DNA of 60,887 nt, the filler included, from Coriobacteriales bacterium (GTDB lineage Bacteria; Actinomycetota; Coriobacteriia; Coriobacteriales; UBA8131), in NCBI GenBank assembly GCA_031263105.1. It is 3 parts of 3 records of this genome, joined end to end, with 100 filler letters (N's around TTAATTAATTAA, not from the genome) between each part and the next. Parts side by side here need not be neighbours in the genome. Positions count along the whole stretch, not along the records: positions 1 to 23,451 come from JAISGJ010000100.1; 2 more parts are not named here. The stretch is one strand, 5' to 3'. The notes beneath the pieces were generated by a model. The model was not told the origin of the DNA. It saw only the letters and a program-made list of their open reading frames with translations, and searched no databases. The position numbers and the translations under genes are program-made. Within the stretch, counting starts at the first letter, position 1; the number at the start of each line of letters is the position of its first letter. This document shows, in pieces, positions 1 through 9,275 of this stretch.

Positions 1-156
1 CGGGGCTCGGGATGGCAGCGGGGCTCGGGATGGCAGCGGGGCTCGGGATGGCAGCGGGGCTCGGGATGGCAGCGGGGCTCGGGATGGCAGCGGGGCTCGG
101 GATGGCAGCGGGGCTCGGAATGGCAGTGGGGTATCCGTGGGGGTGTGAACAGTAAC
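1..156. repeat. Right end of palindromic MITE-like element with 7 tandem 18-bp units (CGGGGCTCGGGATGGCAG)
   Basis: Tandem units at 1-126, followed by the family terminus GTGTGAACAGTAAC ending at 156. Confidence 0.85.
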
Positions 157-193
157 GTGCTTGCACGCGGCGCACGGGCGCACGGTCGCACGC

Positions 194-2029
194 TTACAGA
201 CCAGGGTGCCGGAACCTGTGTCGGCGCTCTCCCTTGGGGACGCGCAGCTGCAAGGCCATGACGGCGGCCCCTCCTCCCATCAGCAGGAAGGATGCGACTG
301 GATGGATGCCGTTCGAGAAGAGTTGGACGCCCGCCAGGAACAGCGCGGCACCGATGACCGTGCGCACGACACGCTGCGTCTGAGCGCTCTGGCTTTGAAC
401 GATGCGCCTCTCCTGGGTCGTTGCCATGCGGACCACCAGGCTGTCACTGGCGGCCTTCTCGCTGACGGCAATGAGCCGCAAGACAGTGGGGTACAGCTTG
501 GGAAGCAGCCCTCCAAGCTCGTCGAGCATCGTGGACATGGCGCCTTGTGCGGCGTCGGCACCGAGGCCCTCCTCAACGAGCGGGGCCAGCTCCTCCATGA
601 TGTCGAGCTCAGGGTCGAGTTCCGCGCAGACGCCGAGAACCGTGACGAGGGCCTTGCCGAGAAACGTTATGTTGTCGGGGAACAGAAAAGGCTGCGTGTA
701 AAAGAACTCCCTCAGGTCGTCGACGGCCTGCTCGCTGATGCCGAAGCGGGAAACGCCTCGCTTGCCTGGATAAAGGCGACCGTCTCCTTGGGGGTCTCCG
801 TGGGTGCTTCCGTGGCCGTCTCCTTGGGCGGCCCCTCGTCCGTCTCCCCGTCTGTCCCTCGGGTTGCTCCCCCGGCCTCCTCCCTGCGTGCCCTCGTCCC
901 GCCGCCACTTCACCCTTGACCCAAGGTCGCCTCCGAGCGTCCCTTCGAGGATCGGGAGAATCGATGCGGCAAGTGCGCCGACCTCGGCGTCCTTGCGCAG
1001 GAAGCCCAGGTCGCGGAAGGCCGCCACCACCCGTTCTGCGTCTTGGGAGAACAGTGCGGCGGCCAGACCCATGAAGCCGCTCCTCATGCCGGGGGCAACG
1101 GTTCCCATCATGCCGAAATCGACGAGCAGTATCGTCCCGTCAGTGCGCACGAAGACGTTGCCGGGATGAGGGTCGGCGTGGAAGACCCCGTCGCGCAGGA
1201 CCATCTGGAGATATGCCTCAAGGAGGTGCACCGCGACGGCATGGCGGTCGATGCCCTGGGCGTCGAGTGCCGCGAGGTCGTTTATCCCGACGCCTTCCAT
1301 GAACTCCATGGTCAGCACCCTGCGGCTGCTGAGGTCCCAGTAGACCTTGGGGATGTCGATATGGGCATTGGCGAGAAGGTTCCGCTGCACCGTCTCGATG
1401 CTCTGTGCCTCTTTGACGAGGTCGAGTTCGTCGAGGAAGGTCTGCTCCATCTCCCGGTAGAGGACGTCGGCATCGAAGAGCCTCCCCATCGGGGCCCTGC
1501 GCCGGACCATCTCGAGTATCGAGCGCAGTGAGCGCAGGTCGGTGTCGATGACGTCCTCGATACCGGGACGCAGCACCTTGACGGCAACACGCTCTCCCGA
1601 GTGCAGCCGTGCCTCGTGGACCTGTCCCAGAGAGGCGGACGCGATCGGGGTGTCGTCGAACTCGGCAAACACTTCGGTGGGCGGGCCTCCAAGCTCGTGC
1701 TCTATGGACGACCGTATCGCCTCGATGCTCTCGGGGGGCACCGAGTCAAGGAGTTTGGCAAGCTCTTGGAGGTATTCTTTGGGGAGCATGTCGACACGGG
1801 TACTGAGATGCTGCCCGATTTTGATGACAAGCCCGCCCATGTCCATTGCCATGCGCGTGAACTCCTGGGCCTGGGCCGTCAGGAGGGCGGAGCGCCTGGC
1901 CTGGTGCCTGGCTTTGCCGCGAAAGGCGCGGGTCTTGTCCAGCCACCAGAGTTGTCGGGCAAAGCGCAGGGCCGTCCGCACGGTCTTACGATAGCGTGCC
2001 CGGCCCGACACGAGCGCGGAATCGGGCAT
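194..2029 (-). CDS. ABC1/UbiB(AarF) family atypical protein kinase
   Basis: KIGQ, ASASLGQVH, VAVKV, FHADPHPGN and DFG motifs; C-terminal TM helices. Confidence 0.93.
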   Translation of the reverse strand: MPDSALVSGRARYRKTVRTALRFARQLWWLDKTRAFRGKARHQARRSALLTAQAQEFTRMAMDMGGLVIKIGQHLSTRVDMLPKEYLQELAKLLDSVPPESIEAIRSSIEHELGGPPTEVFAEFDDTPIASASLGQVHEARLHSGERVAVKVLRPGIEDVIDTDLRSLRSILEMVRRRAPMGRLFDADVLYREMEQTFLDELDLVKEAQSIETVQRNLLANAHIDIPKVYWDLSSRRVLTMEFMEGVGINDLAALDAQGIDRHAVAVHLLEAYLQMVLRDGVFHADPHPGNVFVRTDGTILLVDFGMMGTVAPGMRSGFMGLAAALFSQDAERVVAAFRDLGFLRKDAEVGALAASILPILEGTLGGDLGSRVKWRRDEGTQGGGRGSNPRDRRGDGRGAAQGDGHGSTHGDPQGDGRLYPGKRGVSRFGISEQAVDDLREFFYTQPFLFPDNITFLGKALVTVLGVCAELDPELDIMEELAPLVEEGLGADAAQGAMSTMLDELGGLLPKLYPTVLRLIAVSEKAASDSLVVRMATTQERRIVQSQSAQTQRVVRTVIGAALFLAGVQLFSNGIHPVASFLLMGGGAAVMALQLRVPKGERRHRFRHPGL

Positions 2030-2541
2030 CAGTCTGTCTCTGGCGTGCCGTCTTTGGCAGCCGGTTCCGATGCTCCGGCTTCGATGTCGGCGGCGGTGCC
2101 CTTGGTGCCGTTGGCGCTCTTGGTGCCCTTGGCAGTATCGGCGCCGTCAGCACCCTCTGCGCTTCCGGCACCCTCCGCGCTTCCGGCATCACTGGCACCC
2201 CCGCTGCCCTCCGCATCCTCGGGGACATCCGTGTCGCCTGTCGCATTGGCCTTGTCGACCGTGTCCTGGGTGATCGCCCTGAGCTTGTCGAGCTTGCTCA
2301 TCATGAAGTCCGCGAACTCGTTGAAGTACTCGCTCTTTACCAGGACGAGCGTCCCAGGGCTCTTGTTGCCGAAGACCACAAAGCGCTCCCCAGGCTCGAT
2401 TCCGACCTCTTTGCGGGCCTCTGCCGGTATCACGATCTGTCCGCGCTCGTTGATGGTGGCCGTACCCAGTACCTGGCCAAACCCGTGGGGGTGTCCAAAC
2501 CCGTGCCCCGTGCCCTTTTTGAAGCCATGACCCATGAACAT
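2029..2541 (-). CDS. AbrB/MazE/SpoVT-family DNA-binding protein with long Ala/Gly/acidic tail
   Basis: TINERGQIVIPAEARKEVGIEPGE motif; AGGAGG RBS before ATG 2541; stop overlaps the kinase start. Confidence 0.85.
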   Translation of the reverse strand: MFMGHGFKKGTGHGFGHPHGFGQVLGTATINERGQIVIPAEARKEVGIEPGERFVVFGNKSPGTLVLVKSEYFNEFADFMMSKLDKLRAITQDTVDKANATGDTDVPEDAEGSGGASDAGSAEGAGSAEGADGADTAKGTKSANGTKGTAADIEAGASEPAAKDGTPETD

Positions 2542-2810
2542 GATGCCTCCTTCTGCGCGCAACATACGGGCCTTTGTGTAGTGCGCCTGCCTCTTTGGCA
2601 GCGCAGGCGACCGTTCCGCTTAGTATAGCCCAAATCGGATAAGATAATACAGAAATATCAGAAATATCTGAAAGTCACAAAGAGCTGTACAGGCATATGC
2701 TATACTTCCACTGGCCTTTGAACAAAGGGCAGACATGCGAAGGACGGGTCGCCGTACCTGTCGAGGACGGGCATACGGACAGGTCGCCGGTTGTTGAGGA
2801 TGGGTTGCAG

Positions 2811-3239
2811 ATGCTAAAGGTTCCTACGAACGTGCTCTTGTTGGCTGCAGGCGTGGTATGGCTTGCTGCCGGTGCCAGCGTGGTCACGGTGGGGCTGCAT
2901 GCCGCAACCTCTCCGTGGAGCAGCGGCATGGCCGTGGCCTGTCTTGTGACCTATGCCCTGTTCCTTGCGATGTTCCTCAGAATCTCCCACAAGCACGTCC
3001 GACGGATAACAGGGTACCGCGAGGAGCTTACCAACCTGTTCAAATTCTTCGACGCCAAATCATACCTGCTCATCGCCATCATGATGGCCATCGGCGTGGC
3101 TGTGAGGATATCGGGCCTTGTGCCGGGTTTCATCATTGCGTTCTTTTACAGCGGCCTTGGCCTGGCGCTCATAACGTCTGCCGTCTACTACGGGGTCACG
3201 TTCGTCGCGGTCGCCATAGGCAAAGAAGAGGGACGCTAG
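2811..3239 (+). CDS. Small 4-TM membrane protein of unknown function
   Basis: Four hydrophobic segments; start inferred at ATG 2811. Confidence 0.75.
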   Translation: MLKVPTNVLLLAAGVVWLAAGASVVTVGLHAATSPWSSGMAVACLVTYALFLAMFLRISHKHVRRITGYREELTNLFKFFDAKSYLLIAIMMAIGVAVRISGLVPGFIIAFFYSGLGLALITSAVYYGVTFVAVAIGKEEGR

Positions 3240-3393
3240 CAGGGGACGAGGGCATAAAAGAACCGCCCCCTTCCCGCCCGCCCGCCCCGCCCGCCCCCTT
3301 CCCGCCCCGCCCGACCTCGCTCCGCCCCTGCCGCCCCCCTTCCTGCCCCGCCCTGCCCTGCGCGACCATGCGGGCCTTTGGTACAATCAACGC

Positions 3394-6180
3394 ATGGCAA
3401 GGATAAGGTGGACAGTGTGGGTCGGGCTGGCTCTTGTTCTCGTGATTGCGGTCGTCGCCATCGCGCTGTATGTTGGCGCGCGCGCGTCTCGTCAGGAGCC
3501 GCTCCATATCGACCTCAGGGCCTCGTCGATGTACGTCAAGAAGGGCTTTGACACGCAAAGCATCGGACGGGATCCTGCACAGGCAGGCGACTGGGCCGCC
3601 GTCATCCCGGCGGGGGCGTCGCAGTCCCTGCTCGCCAAGGACGTCGTCCCCGCGACAGGCGGCCGCTCCTTCCTTGACCCCAGGCGGGACAAGGACGAGG
3701 ACTTCACCTACGCGACCTCGTTTTGGATGGACGCCGCAACGCTTGAGACGATAACGAGGACGCCCTCGATCATCCCCTGCATCTCTCTTGCGGGTATCGG
3801 TGAGGGCTGGGAGGTCTATCTCAACGGCCGGCTGGTCACCGGCGAGCTGTATCGTGACGGCGACGGCACCATAACCCGGCACCGCGCCTGGCGCAGCGCT
3901 GCACTCATCCTCGATCGCGACCTGCTCGTCGAGGGAAGCAACCAGCTCACGTTCCACATCGTCGGCCCAGCCTTGGGAGACTACACGGGCCTCTTTTATC
4001 GCACCCCCTACTATATTGGGAACTATCAGGATATCTCCTATAGCTCCGACCGGCTCCTTGCTGTCGTGTTCTGCACCGTCTTCATCTTCATGGGCCTCTA
4101 CCATCTGCTGCTGTTCTTCATGCGTCGCAAGGATCGTTATAACCTGTTCTACGGGCTGTTCAGCGTCTTCATGGGCCTCTATTTCCTTGTGCGAAGCCCG
4201 TCTGTCTATCTGCTCGTTGCAGATACCTCGGTTACCCGCCCCTTGGAATACTCCCTGCTCTACGTGCTCACGTTCTTCATGTTGGCCTTTGTCGAGGTGC
4301 TCAACAACAACCGGATGCTCTGGCTTACGAGGATATATGGCATCTTCTGCGTCGCCGCCGTTGCAGCGACGATGGCCTTCTCCCTGCAGTTCGCCGACAA
4401 CTTGCTGGCGATATGGCAGTATCTCGCCATGCTCCTCCTTCTCTATCTCATAGGCTACGACATTGTGTTCGTGTTCTTTCGCACGGCGTATCGCACGTGG
4501 AGGGACAAGGACGGGCCCCAAGGCACCCTGTCGTTGGCGCACCGCATCCGGCTCGACCTTGCGCAGACGGCGTTGGGCAACCTGCTCGTGGTGTTCCTCG
4601 TCGCCGGCGCAACGATGCTCTACGATGTCATCGACGCCGCCTTTCTGCATACGGGGGTTCTGCTCTCGCGCTACAGCTTCGTCTTCCTCACGGTATGCGC
4701 CGCCTTTATCCTTGCGCGCCAACTCACCAGTAACTACGAGCGGGCAAACGTCACCAACGAGCGCCTTGAGTCGCTGGTCCAAGAGCGCACCCACGAGCTT
4801 GCCGAACAGGTCGTGATAGCCAACCAGGCATCGCAGGCCAAGACCGAGTTCATGGCGACCATGAGCCACGAGATACGCACGCCCATGAACGCCATCATCG
4901 GGCTTTCGAACATCGAGCTGCGGCGCGACCACCCTGAGCCGACCCAGGCCAACCTCCAGAAGATCAACCGGTCGGGCATCAGCCTGCTCGCCCTCATCAA
5001 CGAGATACTGGACATCTCCAAGATAGAGGCCGGATCCTTCGAGGTCATACCGGTGAGGTACCGCACGGTCGACCCCATCAGCGAGTCGGTGCAGCTCAAC
5101 CTGGTCCGCATCGGGGAGAAGCCCATCACGTTCGAGCTTGAGGTCGATGCGGCCCTGCCCAGCGCCCTGAACGGCGACGAGATCAGGATACGGCAGGTCC
5201 TCAACAACCTGCTCTCCAATGCGGTGAAGTACACTGCGAGCGGAACCGTGCGCCTGACGGTGACGGTCGAGCCGATGCCTGCAGGCGGCCTTGTTGCGGG
5301 GGATCATGAAGGGGACAAGGTCGGCACCGTTGGCACCGGCAGCGCTGCTGGCGGCGGCGACCGTGGCGGCGACGCGTGCGGCACCGACAACATTGGCACC
5401 GGCACCGACGCGTGCGACGCTGACGGCGATGCCCAGGCCGTCCTGCTCGTCGTCCGCGTCGCCGACACCGGCCAAGGCATCCGCGAGGAGGACCGCGAAA
5501 GGCTCTTCGAGGTGTTCACCCAGTTCGATTCCCGTGCCAACCGCACTATCGAGGGCACGGGGCTGGGGCTTGCCATCACCAAGCGGCTGCTGGACCTCAT
5601 GGGAGGCAGCATCGAGGTCCAAAGCGAGCACGGGGTGGGAAGCACCTTCAGCATACGGCTGCCCCAGCAGGTGGTGGACCCCACGCCCATCGGTGCCGAG
5701 CTCAGCGCCCGGCTTGCCGAGCTTCGCTTCGACACAGGCCCCCAAGGGCCTCACGAGCACGTCGGCCGCGTGGTTTTGTCGCCTCAGACCAATATCCTCG
5801 TGGTAGACGACGTTCCCACCAACCTCGAGGTCGCACAAGGGCTTTTGGAGCCCTATGGCGTCAATGTCGATTGCGTTTCTCGCGGCGCCCTTGCTGTCGA
5901 GGCCATTCGGGAGGGGGCAACGCACTACGACCTGGTGTTCATGGATCATATGATGCCCGAGATGGACGGGGTCGAGGCGACGCGCATCATCCGCAACGAG
6001 ATAGACAGCGATTACGCGCGCCAGGTTCCCATCGTGGCGCTCACGGCGAACGCCACAACAGGGGCGGCGGAGATGTTTTTGGCAAACGGCTTCGATGCCT
6101 TTATCTCGAAGCCCATCGACCTACGCTCCCTCGACGACGTCCTGGGCCGCCTCATAGGCGAGTCCCCGCCCGCTCCCTGA
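3394..6180 (+). CDS. Hybrid sensor histidine kinase/response regulator with extracellular domain and 7TM-DISM-like region
   Basis: H-box MSHEIRTPMN, N-box NLLSNAVKYT, DTGQGI, GTGLGL; REC domain VVDD...FMDHMMP...KP. Confidence 0.93.
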   Translation: MARIRWTVWVGLALVLVIAVVAIALYVGARASRQEPLHIDLRASSMYVKKGFDTQSIGRDPAQAGDWAAVIPAGASQSLLAKDVVPATGGRSFLDPRRDKDEDFTYATSFWMDAATLETITRTPSIIPCISLAGIGEGWEVYLNGRLVTGELYRDGDGTITRHRAWRSAALILDRDLLVEGSNQLTFHIVGPALGDYTGLFYRTPYYIGNYQDISYSSDRLLAVVFCTVFIFMGLYHLLLFFMRRKDRYNLFYGLFSVFMGLYFLVRSPSVYLLVADTSVTRPLEYSLLYVLTFFMLAFVEVLNNNRMLWLTRIYGIFCVAAVAATMAFSLQFADNLLAIWQYLAMLLLLYLIGYDIVFVFFRTAYRTWRDKDGPQGTLSLAHRIRLDLAQTALGNLLVVFLVAGATMLYDVIDAAFLHTGVLLSRYSFVFLTVCAAFILARQLTSNYERANVTNERLESLVQERTHELAEQVVIANQASQAKTEFMATMSHEIRTPMNAIIGLSNIELRRDHPEPTQANLQKINRSGISLLALINEILDISKIEAGSFEVIPVRYRTVDPISESVQLNLVRIGEKPITFELEVDAALPSALNGDEIRIRQVLNNLLSNAVKYTASGTVRLTVTVEPMPAGGLVAGDHEGDKVGTVGTGSAAGGGDRGGDACGTDNIGTGTDACDADGDAQAVLLVVRVADTGQGIREEDRERLFEVFTQFDSRANRTIEGTGLGLAITKRLLDLMGGSIEVQSEHGVGSTFSIRLPQQVVDPTPIGAELSARLAELRFDTGPQGPHEHVGRVVLSPQTNILVVDDVPTNLEVAQGLLEPYGVNVDCVSRGALAVEAIREGATHYDLVFMDHMMPEMDGVEATRIIRNEIDSDYARQVPIVALTANATTGAAEMFLANGFDAFISKPIDLRSLDDVLGRLIGESPPAP

Positions 6181-6315
6181 CGACACAAGGGAAGCCGGGG
6201 AAGATGAGCTCAGGCCCCGGCATGGCGAGCAGGGACAGCTTATCGACGGCAGCACATGAGCACAGGCGGTGCCCTCCTCCTCCGCCCCGCCGCTGCGCCC
6301 GCACCCCGCGCCCCG

Positions 6316-6954
6316 CTACGCCCCGCCGCCTTCTCCCGCGAAGCCTATGGCTCCGGTGTAGAGAATCTGCAGGATGAGCTCGGCGATTTCCTCGGGTTGC
6401 TCGACCATGCCGTCCTTCAGCCACTTCTCTGCGACGGCAATGCAGCCGTTGATGCTGTAGGCCAGCAGGTACTCCTTGACGCGCTCGCTGTGCGAGGGGT
6501 CCATCCACGGGGTGACGACCTGTGCCAGGTTCATGATGTCCTGCCGAAACGCGAAGTCGCAGGTCTCTCCCAAAAGCACGCATGCCAAATCGGAGTTCTC
6601 GCGGGCGTACTCCAATATCTGCGTCATGGCATCGAGGGAGATGGGGGCACGTTCCTCGGGGCCCTGCTGGTGCGTCAGCCGTGTCTCCAAGGTCTCCAGG
6701 ACCTCCTGCTCCACCTGGTGCAGCAGGTCGTACTGGTCGCGATAGTGCAGGTAGAAGGTGCTCCTGTTCACGTCGGCCAGCAGGCAGATCGACTTCACGG
6801 TGATCCTCGAGATATGCTGGTCCCGCATCAGTTCCACCAACGCGCCGCGAAGGGCCGTCTTCGTGTAGGCGATGCGCCGGTCGGCCTTGCGGGGCTCCCT
6901 GTCTTCGCGTCGTGCAGGTGTCGCATGATTCTCAAAAGCGTAACTGTTCAACAT
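6316..6954 (-). CDS. TetR/AcrR family regulator
   Basis: DRRIAYTK...ITVKSICLLADVNRSTFYLHY HTH; divergent from MMPL gene. Confidence 0.92.
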   Translation of the reverse strand: MLNSYAFENHATPARREDREPRKADRRIAYTKTALRGALVELMRDQHISRITVKSICLLADVNRSTFYLHYRDQYDLLHQVEQEVLETLETRLTHQQGPEERAPISLDAMTQILEYARENSDLACVLLGETCDFAFRQDIMNLAQVVTPWMDPSHSERVKEYLLAYSINGCIAVAEKWLKDGMVEQPEEIAELILQILYTGAIGFAGEGGGA

Positions 6955-7007
6955 ATCGTCCTATCTTGTCGGATTACGGGCATTTTCCGTGAATCTGGTG
7001 GTTGAAA

Positions 7008-7043
7008 TTCGACACAATGTCTATAAAAATACAGAATGTCGAA
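7008..7043. promoter_or_regulatory. Putative TetR operator (two ACA-N3-TGTC half-palindromes within a TTCGACA...TGTCGAA inverted repeat)
   Basis: TTCGACACAATGTC-TATAAAAAT-ACAGAATGTCGAA in the divergent intergenic region. Confidence 0.55.
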
Positions 7044-7169
7044 AAAATCAAGGGGCAAACGGTGGCTCGTTGCCCCAAAGAACGTTGGCTCGTTGCCCCG
7101 CACATACTTCGAATGCGGCACCCCACCCTGCATTGCGAGGTGCCACAAAGAACAAGAGAGACGGCTCCG

Positions 7170-9275
7170 ATGGATCGGTTCGCACAATTCATCATCACCC
7201 ACCGCAAGGCGATCGTCGCGGTCTTCGTCGTGGTGACCTTGCTCTGTGCCCCCTTGGCCCTGCTCGTCAAGGTCAACTACAACATCGTCGATTACCTGCC
7301 GGAGTCCTCCCAGTCCACCCGGGCGCTCAGCATCATGAGCGAGGAGTTCGACGATGCCGTCCCCAACCTCCAGGTCATGGTACGTGACGTCTCGATCCCG
7401 CAGGCACTCGAATACAAAGCGAGGTTCGAGGCGCTTGAGGGCGTGGACTCGGTCCTTTGGCTCGACGACGTGGTGGACCTCAAGCAGCCCCTCGACCTGG
7501 CGGACACAAAGACGGTCGAGAACTACTACCGCGACGGCGCGGCGCTGTTCGACCTTGCGGTGCCGCAGGGTGCCGAGCAGGAGGTCCTGACCGCGCTCTA
7601 CGACATCGTCGGGCCGGACAACGCGGTCGGCGGGGAGGCCTCCTCGCTCGCCGCCGTCCAGACGGCGGCCGTCAACGAGGTGCTGGGGGCCTTCGCAATC
7701 CTCATCCCCGCCATTATCATCATTCTCGTGCTCTCGACAAGCTCGTGGATCGAGCCGCTCCTGCTGCTGGCGTCCATCGGCGTTGCCATCGTCCTGAACA
7801 TGGGAACGAACATCGTCTATCAGGACGTCTCCTTCATCACCAATTCGGTCAGCCCCATCCTCCAGATGGCGGTCTCGCTCGACTACGCGATATTCCTCCT
7901 GCACAGTTTCGCCGACTACCGCAAGCAGTACTCCGACGTCAACGTCGCGATGCGCCATGCGATACGCACCTCGTTCTCGACGGTCGCCTCCAGCGCCTCC
8001 ACCACGCTGTTCGGCTTCCTCGCGCTGGTGTTCATGCAGTTCCTCATAGGCGCGGACCTGGGGATAAACCTCGTGAAGGGCATCATCTTCAGCTTCGTCA
8101 CAGCAACGGTCTTCCTCCCCGCCCTGACGCTTGCCCTCTATCGGGTGCTGGACCGCACGAGGCACCGGCCCCTGATGCCGAGCTTCGCGAACATACACCG
8201 GGTGCTCTCCAAGGTCGCCGTCCCGGCCACGCTGGCGGTCATCCTCGCCGTGGTGCCGTCCTTCCTCGGGCAGAGCCGCACCGACTTCCTCTATGGGGCG
8301 GAAAGCGGCGGAAAGGGCACGCGCTCGCAGTTCGATACGGAGAAGATCGAGCAGGCCTTCGGCACCAAGAACCTCGTGGTGATGCTCGTCCCGCGCGGCG
8401 ACGTCGCCCGTGAGCAGCTGCTCGGCGAGCGCATCGACGAGCTCGGCTTCGTGACCGAGGTCGTGTCCTACGCGCACAACGTGGGAGCCACGCTGCCGCC
8501 GGAGTTCCTCGGCCCCTCGGTGACGGACCAGTTCTACTCTCCCAACTATGCGCGTCTCCTGGTGTACACCGACGTGCCCGCAGAGGGGGAGGAGACCTTT
8601 GCCGCGATAGGGGAGCTCCGCGGCGTCGCGGAGGGGCTTTACGGCGATGCCGCCTATACGCTGGGGCGCAGCGCCAACCTCTACGACATGAAGACCATCG
8701 TGCAGCAGGACACCATGCTGGTGAACCTCGTGGCGGTCGTCTCCATCTTCCTTGTGCTGCTCGTCACGTTCCGCTCGCTCGTGCTGCCCTTCCTCCTGCT
8801 TTTGACCATCGAGTCCGCCATCTGGATAAACCTCGCCATCCCCTACTTCACCGACACGCCCATCAACTACATCGGCTACCTCGTGCTCAACACCATTCAG
8901 CTCGGCGCGACGGTCGACTACGCCATCCTGCTCACGAACACCTATCTGCGGCTGCGCAAGACGCTGCCCAAGCGCGAGGCGATCAGACGAGCGCTCGGCT
9001 CCAGCTTCAAGTCCATCCTCGTCTCTGCCGCCGTGCTGAGCATCGCCGGCTTCGCGCTGCTGAACACCTCGACGAACCCCATAGTCTGTGACATCGGCAC
9101 GATGCTGGGGAGAGGGACGCTCCTCTCCTTCGCCCTGGTCGTCTGCTTCCTGCCGGTGTTGCTGACGATCTTCGACCCCCTGATCGGACGCCTCACCTGG
9201 AAGGCGTCATTTTTCAAGCGTTCCAAAGCGGCCGAGGCGCCATGCCTTCCTGAGCCGCCGCCGTCGAAAGGATGA
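7170..9275 (+). CDS. MMPL/RND family transporter
   Basis: Two repeats of TM bundle plus extracytoplasmic loop; AVSLDYAIF and GATVDYAIL motifs. Confidence 0.92.
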   Translation: MDRFAQFIITHRKAIVAVFVVVTLLCAPLALLVKVNYNIVDYLPESSQSTRALSIMSEEFDDAVPNLQVMVRDVSIPQALEYKARFEALEGVDSVLWLDDVVDLKQPLDLADTKTVENYYRDGAALFDLAVPQGAEQEVLTALYDIVGPDNAVGGEASSLAAVQTAAVNEVLGAFAILIPAIIIILVLSTSSWIEPLLLLASIGVAIVLNMGTNIVYQDVSFITNSVSPILQMAVSLDYAIFLLHSFADYRKQYSDVNVAMRHAIRTSFSTVASSASTTLFGFLALVFMQFLIGADLGINLVKGIIFSFVTATVFLPALTLALYRVLDRTRHRPLMPSFANIHRVLSKVAVPATLAVILAVVPSFLGQSRTDFLYGAESGGKGTRSQFDTEKIEQAFGTKNLVVMLVPRGDVAREQLLGERIDELGFVTEVVSYAHNVGATLPPEFLGPSVTDQFYSPNYARLLVYTDVPAEGEETFAAIGELRGVAEGLYGDAAYTLGRSANLYDMKTIVQQDTMLVNLVAVVSIFLVLLVTFRSLVLPFLLLLTIESAIWINLAIPYFTDTPINYIGYLVLNTIQLGATVDYAILLTNTYLRLRKTLPKREAIRRALGSSFKSILVSAAVLSIAGFALLNTSTNPIVCDIGTMLGRGTLLSFALVVCFLPVLLTIFDPLIGRLTWKASFFKRSKAAEAPCLPEPPPSKG

